Virus record (IMG/VR): IMGVR_UViG_3300027749_000058
Location: 1 to 64,000 of that record
Direction: 5' to 3' (one strand)
DNA: 64,000 nt
DNA from: a virus
Below, piece by piece: positions 49,040 through 57,330 of this stretch (position 1 is its first letter; every line of letters begins with the position of its first letter). The notes beneath the pieces are model-generated. The model did not search any database. It worked only from the letters and a program-made list of their open reading frames with translations, and was not told the origin of the DNA. The translations under genes were made by a program, and so were the position numbers.

Positions 49040-49330
49040 TTATTCTGTAATTTCTTTATTAGATTCTGGTTCTGTTGCTTTCATATTAACTCCTGTTCCT
49101 TCGGGAATGTCTTCTTCACACATATAAATGTGAACTTGTTCATTATTTTTAAAAACAATTACTTTTTTAACATTTTCTCCTAAATTAACATCTCCTGTAA
49201 TATCAACGACAATTCCTTCATCATCTTTTAATATTAACCCTAAAGCTCTTGCAAAGATTAATGATGAGTTTAATAAATCTTGTGGATTTTGTCCTTGTCC
49301 GGCTTGATTTGGGTTTGTATAATTATCCAT
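49040..49330 (-). CDS. Hypothetical protein
   Basis: ORF track. Confidence 0.55.
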   Translation of the reverse strand: MDNYTNPNQAGQGQNPQDLLNSSLIFARALGLILKDDEGIVVDITGDVNLGENVKKVIVFKNNEQVHIYMCEEDIPEGTGVNMKATEPESNKEITE

Positions 49331-49366
49331 AATTATTTTTTGTATTTTAAAGTTAATATTTTGTTT

Positions 49367-49855
49367 TTAATAAACAAATGATTTTTGATATTCATTCCAA
49401 ACTTTTTGTAATCCATCTGTTTCATTTATTAATGATGGTATAAAGGGCTTATGTTTCATTACCAATTTGGCTTCTTCAGGAGTTTTACTTCCTTTTTTGA
49501 GATTACATTTAAAACATGATGTAACCAAGTTTGTCCATTCATTTCCCCCACCTTTAGATTTAGGGATTACGTGGTCTAATGTTAGTTCTTTTTTTGACCC
49601 ACAATAAACGCATTCGTGTCCATCTCTTTTATAAATTCTTGATCTATTGGCCCTTAAATTTTTGGCTTGATGTTTAATATATTTTAATAATCTAATAATT
49701 AGTGGGCGCAAAAATGTTTTATATCCGCTAACAATAGGGTTATCATCTGATTTAATTAATTCAGCCCTACCTTTATCAACCAATACAAAACCCCGCCTAA
49801 TAGTTGTTATATTAAGAGGGGTGTAGTCATAATTTAATACTAAAACACCGCTCAT
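49367..49855 (-). CDS. HNH endonuclease (McrA-like)
   Basis: RDGHECVYCG, TLDHVIPKSKGG, WTNLVTSCFKCNLKKG. Confidence 0.9.
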   Translation of the reverse strand: MSGVLVLNYDYTPLNITTIRRGFVLVDKGRAELIKSDDNPIVSGYKTFLRPLIIRLLKYIKHQAKNLRANRSRIYKRDGHECVYCGSKKELTLDHVIPKSKGGGNEWTNLVTSCFKCNLKKGSKTPEEAKLVMKHKPFIPSLINETDGLQKVWNEYQKSFVY

Positions 49856-50105
49856 TACAATAATTTTTTACAATAATAGTTTATTTTATGATAAAAACAA
49901 AAAAGGGGTCAAAGACCCCTAATTAATATACTACAGATTTAGTAATAGTTTATGGTTTGAGGTTTTTTAATTCTCAATACATCCGAGTTCTCATACTTAA
50001 TAATCTCCAAAAGACTTTCTCTATTTCTGTTTATCATAATAATAAATATCTAAAAAAATTTTGTGAAATCAATTATTATATTATCTTTGTAAAAATTATT
50101 GAGAT

Positions 50106-50405
50106 ATGATTCATTTACCAACAGCAACAACTATGGGAACAAGTTTCCATGATACAACATTTAAATCAACTCCGAATCAATTAATTGAGGTATTAGGAGA
50201 AATCACCTATAAAGGTAGTAGTGACGAAAAAAGCACTATGGAATGGGTTAGAGAATTGGATAGTGCGGATGTTTTCACCGTATATGATTGGAAGTATTAT
50301 AGAGAACTTGAAATGGATGAAGAAATCCTATGGCACATTGGAGGAAAAAATAAATACATAACCGAACAGGCAAAAAAAGAAATTCTTAACCTTTTAAATA
50401 AATAA
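50106..50405 (+). CDS. Conserved phage hypothetical protein
   Basis: EW...FTVYDWK...WHIGG; TATCTTTG upstream. Confidence 0.65.
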   Translation: MIHLPTATTMGTSFHDTTFKSTPNQLIEVLGEITYKGSSDEKSTMEWVRELDSADVFTVYDWKYYRELEMDEEILWHIGGKNKYITEQAKKEILNLLNK

Positions 50406-50408
50406 AAT

Positions 50409-50687
50409 ATGCCAGATTTTTATGTTGATACTATTACAGTAGATGCTTACGAGTATGTAACGAGTTGTACCAAGAGTGAAATTAAAGAATTAATTTCGGA
50501 ATTAGTTGATGGTGATTACCTTCCATCATCAGTATTAAAATTAAATAAGGAAGGTAAGGTAGACGATGGACTTGGAAGATTACAATCTGATTTTGTAGAA
50601 AAATTAGATAAATTATCTAAAGTTTATTATTCTTTATCTAAAGAGGATGAAGAATTTTTGCAAACAATTTTTAACAAATACATATAA
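50409..50687 (+). CDS. Hypothetical protein
   Basis: ORF track. Confidence 0.55.
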   Translation: MPDFYVDTITVDAYEYVTSCTKSEIKELISELVDGDYLPSSVLKLNKEGKVDDGLGRLQSDFVEKLDKLSKVYYSLSKEDEEFLQTIFNKYI

Positions 50688-50696
50688 ATAAAAACT

Positions 50697-51443
50697 ATGA
50701 AAATCAAACAAATTTTCCTTGCGGTAGCTATCACCTTATTAGCAATTTCTTGTACTAAACAGGATATCCCGGTACCACAACAAGATAATGTACTTCAAAC
50801 TAACTCAGTTGCTGCAACATCAAGTGTAACAACTGAAACAAATAATAAGGCATATATTTTTGTTGAACCAAATTCAAAATTCCAAACGGTTAAGACTTAT
50901 TTATCAAGTTTACCGAAAACACCTTTATACCCAATTAATTTTACAGGATTTTTTGGGGTTAATGCCAATGCTTGGAAATATACATATCAAAACTATGTAG
51001 ATATGCCTTATTGGAATAACGGAACACTTCCATCGATTATTGAATCCAATATCCCACAAACATCTGGTGGTGTTGATTCATACGGTAATGCTAAATTGGC
51101 TTATTGTTTTGAGACAATTAAAATACCAAAAAATACCACAGTTGGAATGGCTTGGATTACAATTTTAGTCCCTGTTTCAGCAATGAACAACGATATTAAA
51201 AGACTAAGGACGGTATATTCATATGAAAAAAATGCCACAACAGGAGTTCTTATAACAAATGGTAGTATTAAAGGTTGGACATATACTATGGATAATATCA
51301 TCTTTAGTTATGTAATTAACTATCAAGGAAATAGACTTCCTAAAGGTCTTTACAGACTTTATAGTACATACCCAGATACAGGTTTAAAGGCTAACTTGAA
51401 TGATAAAAATGACTATTACTTAAAAGGTAATAGTATTGAATAG
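50697..51443 (+). CDS. Lipoprotein
   Basis: Lipobox AISC-TKQD. Confidence 0.7.
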   Translation: MKIKQIFLAVAITLLAISCTKQDIPVPQQDNVLQTNSVAATSSVTTETNNKAYIFVEPNSKFQTVKTYLSSLPKTPLYPINFTGFFGVNANAWKYTYQNYVDMPYWNNGTLPSIIESNIPQTSGGVDSYGNAKLAYCFETIKIPKNTTVGMAWITILVPVSAMNNDIKRLRTVYSYEKNATTGVLITNGSIKGWTYTMDNIIFSYVINYQGNRLPKGLYRLYSTYPDTGLKANLNDKNDYYLKGNSIE

Positions 51444-51561
51444 ACCAAATCCTAAATGGGACTCAAAAAAGTTTGAATTTTGAATATAATTTCTTATCTT
51501 TGATAAAAGTGGATAAAATGTGTAGTAGCCACAGGGAAGGTACCTCCCACTACACTCTTAA

Positions 51562-51634
51562 GCCTCCTTAGCTCAACTGGTAGAGCAATAGTTTTGTAAA
51601 TTATAGGTTGTTGGTTCGATTCCGACAGGAGGCT
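51562..51634 (+). tRNA. trnT: tRNA-Thr(TGT)
   Basis: gcctcct/aggaggc; atagt-ttTGTaa-attat; T loop ttcgatt. Confidence 0.9.
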
Positions 51635-51649
51635 CAAAAATTATTTATT

Positions 51650-51877
51650 ATGTTTTGGATTATTTATTTATTGTGTGCGGTTTATTGTTTTATTAAATTG
51701 CAAAAAAGTTACAAAAAAAGGTCTTTGGATGGTGTTATTGGTGTTTCTCCTGGTTTGGACGCCATAATGATAATTATATTATCTCCTGTGTTAGCAATTA
51801 TTGATGTTAGTTTAACTTGGATTAGGTTATATAAAGAAGCTGAACAATCAAGAATAGACCAAGAAAAAATATTATAA
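51650..51877 (+). CDS. Small membrane protein
   Basis: ATG at 51650 (track start overlaps tRNA); two TM segments. Confidence 0.55.
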   Translation: MFWIIYLLCAVYCFIKLQKSYKKRSLDGVIGVSPGLDAIMIIILSPVLAIIDVSLTWIRLYKEAEQSRIDQEKIL

Positions 51878-51879
51878 CT

Positions 51880-52227
51880 ATGGCTCATCCAAACTTACAC
51901 GCAAAATCATCCGCAAAAAAATTTGGTGGAAAACCTGAAGATTATATCCATTTACATGAATGGTTAGATGAAACCAAGTCTTGGTTTGGAGATTCTTTAC
52001 ACAGGATGTTTAGACACCATAGTGAAGGTATTTTTGAGATGGAGAAAAGGTTTGGATCAGAATTTAAAAATAGTGATGGAAAGATAGTTTATACCAGATA
52101 TGTGGGAGAACAGCATGTGAAAGAAGATTGTAATAATTATATTCCATCCGCAAAAGAATATATTAATAATATCTCAACAAATCAGCGTCCTCAATGGATG
52201 ACGAGAACACTTAAACTGGAAGACTAA
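51880..52227 (+). CDS. Conserved His-rich protein (DUF6915-like)
   Basis: MAHP..HAKSS.KKFGG..DY..HEWLD..HR..RHHSEG..EQHV.ED. Confidence 0.65.
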   Translation: MAHPNLHAKSSAKKFGGKPEDYIHLHEWLDETKSWFGDSLHRMFRHHSEGIFEMEKRFGSEFKNSDGKIVYTRYVGEQHVKEDCNNYIPSAKEYINNISTNQRPQWMTRTLKLED

Positions 52228-52238
52228 TATTTATTGTT

Positions 52239-52967
52239 ATGAAAAGAGATGTTAATTCAATAAAGGTCTTATCACCTGACGACAAAAAATATTTAAAAAA
52301 AGTTTCCAATTATCTTAATTCATTGGGAATGCAAGATGGTACCATTGAACTTGATTTTAGTGGAGAACGTGTAAGATTATCAGATATAAATTGGAACAGA
52401 GAAACCCATTTTACAAATAACTATAGCGCAGAAATTCCTGATGGACTATTACCAATTCTTCAAAAGATAATAAATTATATTGATGTAAATGATTTATACC
52501 AACAACTTGATGAAGATGTAAACTATGAAAGAATAGAAATAGATATTGATACAAAAACAAAAGAAATATCTGTTTCTCATTTTTATTCATATTATGATAG
52601 GGGTAATGAAAATTCAGTTGAATTTGATTCCCAAGAAGATTTGGAACAATTTGATGGGTGGGTAAGTGATGAATTTGCAACAATAGATATACCTGAAACA
52701 GGAATATTAACATTAAGGTATAATGGTGGTGGTGATTCAGGGTATATTGAAAATTCATTTGAAGAAAATGGTGACGCTGTTCCTGCTGAAATTGAAGATT
52801 GGTGTTATAGAGCCTTAGAACAAAACTTCGGTGGGTGGGAAATTAATGAAGGTTCCGATGGGGAATTCATTTTTGATTTTAATAATTCAATGGTTACTTT
52901 AAACCATACTATGAATACAGAAGAAAATGCAAGTAATACTCTTTATGAAGAAAGTTTTGCTGATTAA
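52239..52967 (+). CDS. Acidic protein with DUF6878-like C-terminus
   Basis: YNGGGDSG...GWEINEGSDGEF. Confidence 0.55.
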   Translation: MKRDVNSIKVLSPDDKKYLKKVSNYLNSLGMQDGTIELDFSGERVRLSDINWNRETHFTNNYSAEIPDGLLPILQKIINYIDVNDLYQQLDEDVNYERIEIDIDTKTKEISVSHFYSYYDRGNENSVEFDSQEDLEQFDGWVSDEFATIDIPETGILTLRYNGGGDSGYIENSFEENGDAVPAEIEDWCYRALEQNFGGWEINEGSDGEFIFDFNNSMVTLNHTMNTEENASNTLYEESFAD

Positions 52968-53026
52968 TTTTATTTAATAAAAAAACAAAGTTTAGAGATT
53001 TTCGTATATATTTGTATTTATTAGTA

Positions 53027-53884
53027 ATGACACGAATTATATCACTTACTGAATCTGAACTTATGAACGTTGTGAAAACAATTTTGGAACAAGTTAATCT
53101 TAATGATTATATTGCAGAAGATTTTGTAGAAGTTTCTCTTCATTATTTTAGACCATGGATTAAACAAACTCACGGTGAAGAAATTGGTCAATATCCATTA
53201 TCTTTTTTGATTAAAAAATATTTGGATGAATTTTGTGAAGACAAACATATTGATTTAGGTAGCACCTATTATTCTAATAATTATAATAAATTGGCCGCGG
53301 TTGGTAAATTAATTGTAAAAAAAGGACTTCATGAATTACCAAGCATGAAACCTAAAGGATTATTCACAGAAAAATATAAAAAAGGTATTACAGCACTACT
53401 TGATCGTTTGGATATTCCTGATTATATGGAACTTAAAATTACCGAACCAGAACCTTATAATGTTAAAATAAAAACATATATTAAATTTGAACCATTATTA
53501 AAATCTGAAAATAAATTATCGTCATCATCGGTAATTACAAACAAGTTAAGACAATCTTTTCAAGATTATTTGGGAGTTACCTATGGATTGCCATCTCATG
53601 GAGAATTGAATTTATATATTGATGATACACCAGTATATCTTGGTCAGGATGAATGGGTTAAAAATGTTTTTAATAAAGAACTTAAGAAAAAAATTAAAGA
53701 ACTTCCTGAGGCAAAATCAGTTTTACGTTCAATTAAACTTGATGTGAGTCCATATTTATATGCCACAATAAAATTAGGATTCAATAGCAGTTCAAGATGG
53801 AATAGTCAAAAAGAATTTAAAGTAAAAGTTATTGACCTTTTGAAAGAAATGGGATACAATACGTCAATATTAAAAGTAGAATGA
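53027..53884 (+). CDS. Hypothetical protein with LTESEL leader
   Basis: MTRIISLTESELMNVVKTILEQ; TATTTAT at 53015. Confidence 0.65.
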   Translation: MTRIISLTESELMNVVKTILEQVNLNDYIAEDFVEVSLHYFRPWIKQTHGEEIGQYPLSFLIKKYLDEFCEDKHIDLGSTYYSNNYNKLAAVGKLIVKKGLHELPSMKPKGLFTEKYKKGITALLDRLDIPDYMELKITEPEPYNVKIKTYIKFEPLLKSENKLSSSSVITNKLRQSFQDYLGVTYGLPSHGELNLYIDDTPVYLGQDEWVKNVFNKELKKKIKELPEAKSVLRSIKLDVSPYLYATIKLGFNSSSRWNSQKEFKVKVIDLLKEMGYNTSILKVE

Positions 53885-53992
53885 TTAAAACAATTAAATC
53901 CCTTTTATAGGGATTTTTTATTTGTATTTATCAATAAAACCCTTATCTTTGTGGAAGAAATTACTCACCTATAATCTAAAGGTGGGGAATAC

Positions 53993-54092
53993 GGTTCGGT
54001 AGCTCAGCTGGATAGTAGCGACAGCCTTCTTGGTCTATATTTTAGTATTACCAAGAAGCTGTAGGTCATTGGTTCGAATCCAATCCGGATCA
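53993..54092 (+). tRNA. trnR: tRNA-Arg(TCT) with 25-nt anticodon-loop insertion (54031-54055)
   Basis: ggttcgg/ccggatc; acagc-ctTCT-[insert]-aa-gctgt; T loop ttcgaat. Confidence 0.8.
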
Positions 54093-54226
54093 CAAATGGA
54101 AATAATATTTTTTTAATCCATTTAAATATATTTATTATCTTTGTTTTGTGATTGAAGACAACCTATTTAGATACAATCGGTCACAAAATTACGGGAAGGG
54201 ACAACAATTTAGATACCCTTCCTGTT

Positions 54227-54634
54227 TTATTTACTCAAAATGAATTGGTCTTGAGCAGTTAATAATCCAAAATTTTCAGATGATGGAAAAATTGTAAGAA
54301 TAAATAATGACCAGTAATTGTCGTCAACTATTGTCGCAAGAATCGCACAATCAATTTTTGATTCTTTGTCTTTAATGGCAAACTTATCTCCATCAATAAT
54401 ATATCCATTAATAATTGCTTCCGCAATATCTCTTTTATATTTTTCAATTACATCAATAATTTCTTGATTGGAAATAATTCTATTACTCAGTGCTTCCCTA
54501 CCAAGATTTGACCTATCTCTTGTGTGTTTTGATGTAGAAACGTCAAATCCAAATGTTACTTGGAATGTATCAGACATTTGGGCAATTTTTCTTTCAAGTA
54601 ATAGTGTTTCTTTAATAAGTTTTCTGAGGTTCAT
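54227..54634 (-). CDS. Hypothetical protein with LIKETLLLE leader
   Basis: ORF track; minus-strand TATTTAT. Confidence 0.6.
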   Translation of the reverse strand: MNLRKLIKETLLLERKIAQMSDTFQVTFGFDVSTSKHTRDRSNLGREALSNRIISNQEIIDVIEKYKRDIAEAIINGYIIDGDKFAIKDKESKIDCAILATIVDDNYWSLFILTIFPSSENFGLLTAQDQFILSK

Positions 54635-54692
54635 AAAAATAAATATTTGACAATTCGAAGATATTCCCTATCTTTGATATAATTATAATAAC

Positions 54693-54791
54693 ATGAACAC
54701 TACAATGCGTCATATAGTCTTTAGTAAACAACAAGAAACTTGTTGGTATCAGATTATGCCTTGTAGTTCAGATGGTGATTCTCAAAATTAG
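54693..54791 (+). CDS. Putative leader peptide (32 aa)
   Basis: MNTTMRHIVFSKQQETCWYQIMPCSSDGDSQN after TATCTTTG (54669), followed by terminator. Confidence 0.4.
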   Translation: MNTTMRHIVFSKQQETCWYQIMPCSSDGDSQN

Positions 54792-54817
54792 TTAATTCCT
54801 GATGTATATTTATATAC

Positions 54818-54854
54818 AAACCCTGAACGACAGAAATGAAGTTCGGGGTTTTTT
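54818..54854 (+). terminator. Terminator/attenuator hairpin
   Basis: aaaccctgaac / gttcggggttt followed by T run. Confidence 0.7.
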
Positions 54855-54896
54855 ATTTTTGGCTCTTTGAAATATTGGTTGTATATTTGTAAAAAT

Positions 54897-54948
54897 GATC
54901 CTGTTGACTATCGGTTAGGTCATCAGGTTCCGATTCCTACAAGGACTA
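54897..54948 (+). pseudogene. Internally deleted tRNA (Glu-like D arm)
   Basis: gactatcggttaggtc D arm, then caggtt joined directly to ccgattcc T-loop remnant; no anticodon loop. Confidence 0.55.
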
Positions 54949-54962
54949 CAAAAATTAAAATT

Positions 54963-55178
54963 ATGAAATACGTTTTTAGAGGTCATGTTGTGTTTGAATA
55001 CAAACCAAATGATAAAAGAGATAAAGTGGTTCAAGGTAAGATTCATGATGCAATTCCAGCATTTGATTTTTGTCATATGATTCCTGAGGACTATAAATTG
55101 TTAGCAAAATTTTTCAACACAGTTTATAGGCATATTCAAGGAGAAGATGTACCTTTGGAAGATATAGAAGTGTATTAA
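54963..55178 (+). CDS. Hypothetical protein
   Basis: ATG at 54963. Confidence 0.55.
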   Translation: MKYVFRGHVVFEYKPNDKRDKVVQGKIHDAIPAFDFCHMIPEDYKLLAKFFNTVYRHIQGEDVPLEDIEVY

Positions 55179-55179
55179 T

Positions 55180-55252
55180 GGTGCTCAAGCTAACTTGGTA
55201 GAAGCGAAAGACTGAAAATCTTTAGGACTCGGCTCGGAACCGAGGAGTACCA
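55180..55252 (+). tRNA. trnF: tRNA-Phe(GAA), second copy, atypical T loop
   Basis: ggtgctc/gagtacc; aaaga-ctGAAaa-tcttt; T loop ctcggaa. Confidence 0.8.
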
Positions 55253-55327
55253 CGGAGTCCCGAAATAACGGGAAACCCCCACTCCCATATGGCAGCCAGT
55301 CCGTTAACCTGGTGAAGTGGGGTAGGA

Positions 55328-55429
55328 TGTTAAGTAGTGGATATGTAAGCGGGCTCAAGCTCGGTAAGTCAAAAAGGTTATGACGCTCTTTACGAGACCA
55401 CGTTGTCGGTTCGAGTCCGACCTTAACAA
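55328..55429 (+). ncRNA. tRNA-like RNA with acceptor stem and T arm but no canonical anticodon arm
   Basis: tgttaag/cttaaca; gtcgg-ttcgagt-ccgac. Confidence 0.55.
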
Positions 55430-55502
55430 CAAAGACATCAACGGAGTATATTCACACTTAGGAAACTATGTAATGGTCAAAATTCTAATGATGTCTTTAA
55501 AT

Positions 55503-55584
55503 AGTCAGGTGGCGGAATGTTAGACGCAATAAGGTTGTTCCTACCCGAAAAGGAGCTTACAGGTTCGAATCCTTGTCCTGATTA
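55503..55584 (+). ncRNA. tRNA-Leu-like RNA with aberrant anticodon arm
   Basis: agtcagg/cctgatt; Leu-type D arm gcggaatgttagacgc; T loop ttcgaat. Confidence 0.55.
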
Positions 55585-55591
55585 CAAAATT

Positions 55592-55665
55592 GACTTCGTA
55601 GCTCAGTTGGTTAGAGCACTTCACTTTTAATGAAGGAGTCCCGAGTTCGAATCTCGGCGGGGTCA
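55592..55665 (+). tRNA. trnK: tRNA-Lys(TTT)
   Basis: gacttcg/cggggtc; cttca-ctTTTaa-tgaag. Confidence 0.93.
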
Positions 55666-55681
55666 CAAAAAAAAATATGTT

Positions 55682-55915
55682 ATGAAAGCAGTTTTAGAAT
55701 TTAATTTACCTGATGACCAACAGGATTTTGACTTGGCAACTAAAGGTTTGAAATTTTGGTCTGTGTTGTGGGAATTAGACCAGTCTTTAAGGGCTAAGAC
55801 AAAATATGCGTCTGATGATTTACCACAAGATAAGTATGATGCTTATCAAGAAATTAGAGATGAACTTCGTGAGTTAATGTCAGATAATAATCTTAGTTTT
55901 GATATGGTTCATTAA
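55682..55915 (+). CDS. Conserved phage hypothetical protein
   Basis: MKAVLEFNLPDD... Confidence 0.65.
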   Translation: MKAVLEFNLPDDQQDFDLATKGLKFWSVLWELDQSLRAKTKYASDDLPQDKYDAYQEIRDELRELMSDNNLSFDMVH

Positions 55916-55931
55916 TAAAAAAACATATATT

Positions 55932-56147
55932 ATGGAAAGAACATTTAATAGTGATGAGCTGTCTTGGATTGCATTTAGTTTACTAGAATATAGTCGCTCA
56001 ATGGATTATGAAGGTGATTTAAGTGATTGTGGTAATGAAATTGGGCATATGGTTGGGAGTAAATATAAAAATATGACTGAGGGTGAGATTGAAGATTTCA
56101 TTACTGGAATAAGACATGGGATTTCATTAACAAATGGAACCCATTAA
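55932..56147 (+). CDS. Hypothetical protein
   Basis: ATG at 55932. Confidence 0.5.
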   Translation: MERTFNSDELSWIAFSLLEYSRSMDYEGDLSDCGNEIGHMVGSKYKNMTEGEIEDFITGIRHGISLTNGTH

Positions 56148-56152
56148 AATAA

Positions 56153-56224
56153 GGTCGGTTGGCCGAGTGGTTTAGGTGTTTGTCTGCAAAACAAATTAGT
56201 CCAGTTCAATTCTGGAACCGACCT
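56153..56224 (+). tRNA. trnC: tRNA-Cys(GCA)
   Basis: ggtcggt/accgacc; tttgt-ctGCAaa-acaaa. Confidence 0.9.
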
Positions 56225-56225
56225 C

Positions 56226-56375
56226 ATGACAGAAAAACAAATTAAACAACAGATTGAATCCATCCAAAAGGTGACAAAAGATGTCTGTAAAAGTAAAGAA
56301 ACCGCTCGTCAATTTTTAATTGACGCAGGAATTATTAAAGTTAAAAAAATGAAAAAGAAATTTGATAAGCATTAG
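56226..56375 (+). CDS. Small hypothetical protein (49 aa, not in ORF track)
   Basis: MTEKQIKQQIESIQKVTKDVCKSKETARQFLIDAGII... Confidence 0.5.
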   Translation: MTEKQIKQQIESIQKVTKDVCKSKETARQFLIDAGIIKVKKMKKKFDKH

Positions 56376-56390
56376 GTAAACACCTAATGT

Positions 56391-56597
56391 ATGACCAGAA
56401 AAGAACAAAAAATCAAACAGATGAAGCGGTTATATAACTACTGTTTCATCTGTAATAAAAGAAGTGGAAGTTGGTATTATGATTGCCATCCAAGTAGTTG
56501 GAAAATTAAACGACACGGAAGTGGAAAACCTATATATTTTCATAAACAAAGAGAATATCAAAGTTGGAAACATAATCGTAATACCCAATGGAAATAA
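56391..56597 (+). CDS. Small basic hypothetical protein
   Basis: CFIC; ends SWKHNRNTQWK. Confidence 0.5.
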   Translation: MTRKEQKIKQMKRLYNYCFICNKRSGSWYYDCHPSSWKIKRHGSGKPIYFHKQREYQSWKHNRNTQWK

Positions 56598-56602
56598 AAA
56601 AC

Positions 56603-56673
56603 GCGTGTATGATGTAACGGTAGCATGAATCTCTCCAAAAGATTTCGTTCCTGTTCGAATCGGGATATGCGCG
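56603..56673 (+). tRNA. trnW: tRNA-Trp(CCA)
   Basis: gcgtgta/tatgcgc; aatct-ctCCAaa-agatt. Confidence 0.88.
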
Positions 56674-56677
56674 CAAA

Positions 56678-56786
56678 GGTTGATTGGGGAATGATGTGTG
56701 TTAGCCTGTTGGTGGTATGGCCGAACACATCGGAGTTAAAACCAACATTAGTAATGCCAATCATAAAAGGAGATGTCCACTCAACC
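56678..56786 (+). ncRNA. Putative structured RNA between tRNA-Trp and tRNA-Tyr
   Basis: ggttga/tcaacc closing stem; gatgtgt/acacatc stem. Confidence 0.45.
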
Positions 56787-56808
56787 ATCTTCTCCTTTCC
56801 TGTTTTTT

Positions 56809-56890
56809 GGGAGTATCGCCTAGTGGCAATGGCAGGACACTGTAGATGTCCCCTCTTTTGAGTTCGTTGGTTCGAGTCCAGCTGCTCCCA
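56809..56890 (+). tRNA. trnY: tRNA-Tyr(GTA)
   Basis: gggagta/tgctccc; ggaca-ctGTAga-tgtcc; variable arm. Confidence 0.9.
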
Positions 56891-56979
56891 CAAAAATGTT
56901 CCAGCAGTTCTCTGAATAGAGGACTATAAAGAAAAGAAACGATGCATAGTTTCACGATAGGAGGGTCACCTATCAAAAT

Positions 56980-57053
56980 GGACTTGTAGCTCACTCGGTT
57001 AGAGCGGCACACTCATAATGTGAAGGTAATAGGTTCGATTCCTATCTGGTCCA
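56980..57053 (+). tRNA. tRNA-Met/Ile2(CAT)
   Basis: ggacttg/ctggtcc; caca-ctCATaa-tgtg; T loop ttcgatt. Confidence 0.85.
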
Positions 57054-57257
57054 CACGTTCCGAAACACAACAACGGATAATATGCCCAATATGATGAGAA
57101 ATGGAGTGATGTCCGTATGGGAACCTACATTGGAGTGGATGGGGATAACTTCAGGGAATATCATCCCGACCTCGTTAGGACGAAATGATTATTTCTAACT
57201 TGCCTTAGCAAGGACAGCCAAGATACCTGTAGTTGAATAAAATAGGGTATCATTTAT

Positions 57258-57328
57258 TGTATAGTAGTGTAACGGTAACACAACTTCCTTTGACGAAGTT
57301 ATTTTAAGTTCGAATCTTAACTATACAT
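57258..57328 (+). tRNA. trnQ: tRNA-Gln(TTG)
   Basis: tgtatag/ctataca; acttc-ctTTGac-gaagt. Confidence 0.88.
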
Positions 57329-57330
57329 CA

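Noticed and set aside
55254-55322. Theta/HDV-like ribozyme after tRNA-Phe
   Set aside because: An outer stem and P4-like hairpin exist, but I could not find P1/P3, the conserved L3 or the catalytic C.
56896-56975. Hammerhead ribozyme (ctga...gaaa)
   Set aside because: No CUGAnGA core with correctly placed stems.
56558-57012. ORFs 56558-56893, 56625-56861 and 56761-57012
   Set aside because: They overlap tRNA-Trp, tRNA-Tyr and tRNA-Met genes; spurious.
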